From an uncultured candidate division Zixibacteria bacterium (GTDB lineage: Bacteria; Zixibacteria; MSB-5A5; GN15; PGXB01), in contig OY969724.1 of NCBI GenBank assembly GCA_963702205.1, positions 2,176,001 through 2,240,000 of the forward strand: DNA of 64,000 bases, read 5' to 3'. Below, one piece after another: positions 61,615-64,000 of this stretch. Made by a program: the position numbers and the translations under genes. Numbering within the stretch: position 1 is the stretch's first letter; the number at the start of each line of letters is the position of its first letter. The notes beneath the pieces were generated by a model. It had not been told where the DNA came from. It saw only the letters and a list, made by a program, of their open reading frames with translations, and did not search any database.

Positions 61615-62940
61615 GTGACCAAAACCAAAGAAGATGTCCTTCGGATTATTGACGAGCAAAATGTCCGCTATATCCGGCTGAACTTCACCGACATACTCGG
61701 ACGACTGAAAGGTATGTCGATAACACGCAGTGAAATCGAACAGGTTTTGAATCAAGGGCAGGGCTTTGATGGTTCTTCGATTGAAGGCTTTGTTCGCATC
61801 GAGGAATCCGACCTGGTTGCGGTGCCCGACCTCCGAACGTTCAGGATTATTCCCTGGGAAATCGGTGGGGAAAAGACGGCTATAATGTTTTGCGATATTC
61901 AAATGCCGGACGGATCGCCGTACGACGGCGACCCTCGCTATGTGTTCAAAAGAACATTGAAGCGCGTCGAAGATAAGGGCTGGACCTATTATCTGGGTCC
62001 GGAGCTGGAATATTTCTATTTCAAGAATGACATGGATCCGGAAATTATCGATACCGGCGGATATTTTGACTACACCTCGGTCGACCTCGGCACGGTTGTC
62101 CGCAAGAAGACGACGACGGCCCTCGAAATTATGGGAATTCCGGTCGAATGTTCGCACCACGAAGTCGCCCCGAGCCAGCAGGAAATCGATCTGAAATATC
62201 AGGAAGCGCTGGTCATGAGCGACTTCACGCAGATTTACAAATTTGTCGTCAAAGCCATTGCGGCCCAGAATAATATCTACGCTTCGTTTATGCCCAAGCC
62301 AATTTTTGGCGAGAACGGTTCCGGGATGCACACGCACATGTCACTGTTTAAAGGCGAGAGTAACCTGTTTTTCCAGCGCGATGATCCCTACCAGCTCTCT
62401 AAAATAGGCCGCAGTTTTCTCGCCGGACTGCTGCGTCATGTGCGCGAGTTTACCCTGATAACCAATCAATGGGCTAATTCATACAAGCGTCTTGTGGCCG
62501 GTTATGAAGCTCCCGTTTATATTTCATGGGGGAGACGTAACCGTTCCAGCCTGGTGCGCGTGCCGGTGTTCGATATCGGACGTGAAAAATCGGTCCGGGT
62601 GGAACTTCGGTCCGCCGATCCGGCCTGTAATCCCTATCTGGCCTTCGCCTGTATGCTGGCCGCCGGACTGAAAGGTGTCGAGGAAAACTATGAACTCCCG
62701 GCGCCGATCGAAGAAAACATCTTCCAGATGACCGAAAAGAAACGGGCCGAATTGAATATTGGTTCCTTGCCGGATTCGCTCGAAAACGCCATCGCGGTCA
62801 TGGAAAAGTCGGAACTGGTCAAAGAAACTCTGGGCGAACATCTGTTCAATAAGATAATTGCCAACAAGAAAGTGGAATGGGATGAGTTCCGCATCCATGT
62901 CAGTCGACATGAAATAGATAAATATCTGCCGTTTCTTTAG
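61615..62940 (+). CDS. glnA: Glutamine synthetase type I
   Basis: FDGSSIEG, HHEVA, FMPKP, NGSGMH, SYKRLVAGYEAP, ELRSAD. Confidence 0.96.
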   Translation: MTKTKEDVLRIIDEQNVRYIRLNFTDILGRLKGMSITRSEIEQVLNQGQGFDGSSIEGFVRIEESDLVAVPDLRTFRIIPWEIGGEKTAIMFCDIQMPDGSPYDGDPRYVFKRTLKRVEDKGWTYYLGPELEYFYFKNDMDPEIIDTGGYFDYTSVDLGTVVRKKTTTALEIMGIPVECSHHEVAPSQQEIDLKYQEALVMSDFTQIYKFVVKAIAAQNNIYASFMPKPIFGENGSGMHTHMSLFKGESNLFFQRDDPYQLSKIGRSFLAGLLRHVREFTLITNQWANSYKRLVAGYEAPVYISWGRRNRSSLVRVPVFDIGREKSVRVELRSADPACNPYLAFACMLAAGLKGVEENYELPAPIEENIFQMTEKKRAELNIGSLPDSLENAIAVMEKSELVKETLGEHLFNKIIANKKVEWDEFRIHVSRHEIDKYLPFL

Positions 62941-62976
62941 TCCTTTGACCTTAAGGTCTTAGGGAATTATATGCAT

Positions 62977-63008
62977 AAGCGCCGCGCAATATATTTTTCG
63001 CGGCGCTT
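62977..63008 (+). terminator. Hairpin after glnA
   Basis: AAGCGCCGCG-loop-CGCGGCGCTT. Confidence 0.55.
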
Positions 63009-63168
63009 GCCATTTATAAATTTTATAATTATTCCCACCAGCCGGAATTTTTCACCAGTAAATGGATTTCGATATTGACTAAAAAGCTATCATTGTTAAA
63101 ATATACCTTTCCGGGTGGGTAGATTAAATGGCAAACAACCGCTCGGGATTTAACGGTTATAAACAAAC

Positions 63169-63768
63169 ATGAGTTCAAAAGCCAAAATTGCGGTTTTCCT
63201 GTCCGGAGGAGGGACAAACCTTCAGTCGCTGATCGATGCCTCGCACGACGGGAGACTTTCCGGCGAAATAGCGCTGGTCGTCTCCAATCATGAGGATGCT
63301 TACGGACTCCAGCGGGCAATTAAGGCAGGTATTGATACCTTCGTTTACAAGATCAAAAATTACGAAACGAAAGAAGAAGCCCACGCCGATCTGATGGCTT
63401 TACTTGAACAATATAAAGTTGATTATATTGCCCTCGCCGGCTATTTGAAACTTCTGCCGCCGCCGGTTATTAAGAAATTCCATAATCGTATTACCAATAT
63501 CCACCCGGCGCTGCTTCCCCAATATGGCGGAAAAGGGATGTACGGCCACAATGTCCACGAGGCGGTTATAACCAACGGTGAGTCCGAATCGGGCGCGACG
63601 GTGCATCTGGTGGATGAAATTTACGACAATGGCAGAATTCTCGAACAAAAAAAAGTCCCGGTGCGGCCCGATGATACTCCCGATTCACTGGCGGCACGAG
63701 TTTTAGAAATAGAACATGAATTATACCCATTGGCTTTAGACAATTTGATAAGAGGTAAATATGCTTAA
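63169..63768 (+). CDS. purN: Phosphoribosylglycinamide formyltransferase
   Basis: [29 protein letters not shown]. Confidence 0.96.
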   Translation: MSSKAKIAVFLSGGGTNLQSLIDASHDGRLSGEIALVVSNHEDAYGLQRAIKAGIDTFVYKIKNYETKEEAHADLMALLEQYKVDYIALAGYLKLLPPPVIKKFHNRITNIHPALLPQYGGKGMYGHNVHEAVITNGESESGATVHLVDEIYDNGRILEQKKVPVRPDDTPDSLAARVLEIEHELYPLALDNLIRGKYA

Positions 63769-64000
63769 TACCGAAAAGACCCTTCTGAAAACCGAAATCG
63801 AAGAATATCCGCTGTTTGCACGGGGCAAAGTGCGCGATGTTTATGATCTCGATGATAAACTCCTGATCGTATCGACCGACCGGATCAGCGCCTTTGACGT
63901 AATCCTACCCAATGGCCTTCCCGGCAAAGGCCGCATATTGACGCAGATGTCATTGTTCTGGTTTGATTTTCTGAATGACGTCGTCGATTCGCATCTGATT
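63761..64000 (+). CDS. purC: SAICAR synthase (truncated by window end)
   Basis: Manual translation: [36 protein letters not shown]. Confidence 0.93.
   Translation, partial: MLNTEKTLLKTEIEEYPLFARGKVRDVYDLDDKLLIVSTDRISAFDVILPNGLPGKGRILTQMSLFWFDFLNDVVDSHLI

Overview
Mostly housekeeping bacterial chromosome. The mix of SprA, ADP-heptose genes, PyrR, PgpH and SelA/SelB suggests an FCB-superphylum diderm, possibly Zixibacteria-like (inference only). Main content: RsbV/RsbW/RsbU partner-switch genes, thyX-nrdJ with a NrdR-box pair, a probable 6S RNA, acpS, pyrE, split hldA/hldC, a GH57 branching enzyme, accB-pilT-accC-gcvH-gcvPA-gcvPB, pyrR-pyrB-pyrC with a PyrR attenuator, a secreted serpin, recG, murB, a SprA (T9SS translocon) homologue with a probable CTG start, selA-selB, nfeD-stomatin, aspS-phoH-pgpH-ybeY-corC, glnA and purN-purC. 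The highlight is a nested mobile structure at 51330-52699. A terminator hairpin was split by a ~169-bp MITE (15-bp inverted repeats, TGAAAG duplication), and an IS110-family element then inserted into a REP-like hairpin inside the MITE. The IS110 upstream non-coding end can be read directly as a bridge RNA: its four guide segments match the reconstructed target (TTGACAC-CT-GACG) and donor (ACAGTCG-CT-TGTA), and circularisation would create a TTGACA-17-TATCTT promoter. REP-like palindrome clusters and two +1 frameshifts in the same GTACCT context are also present.
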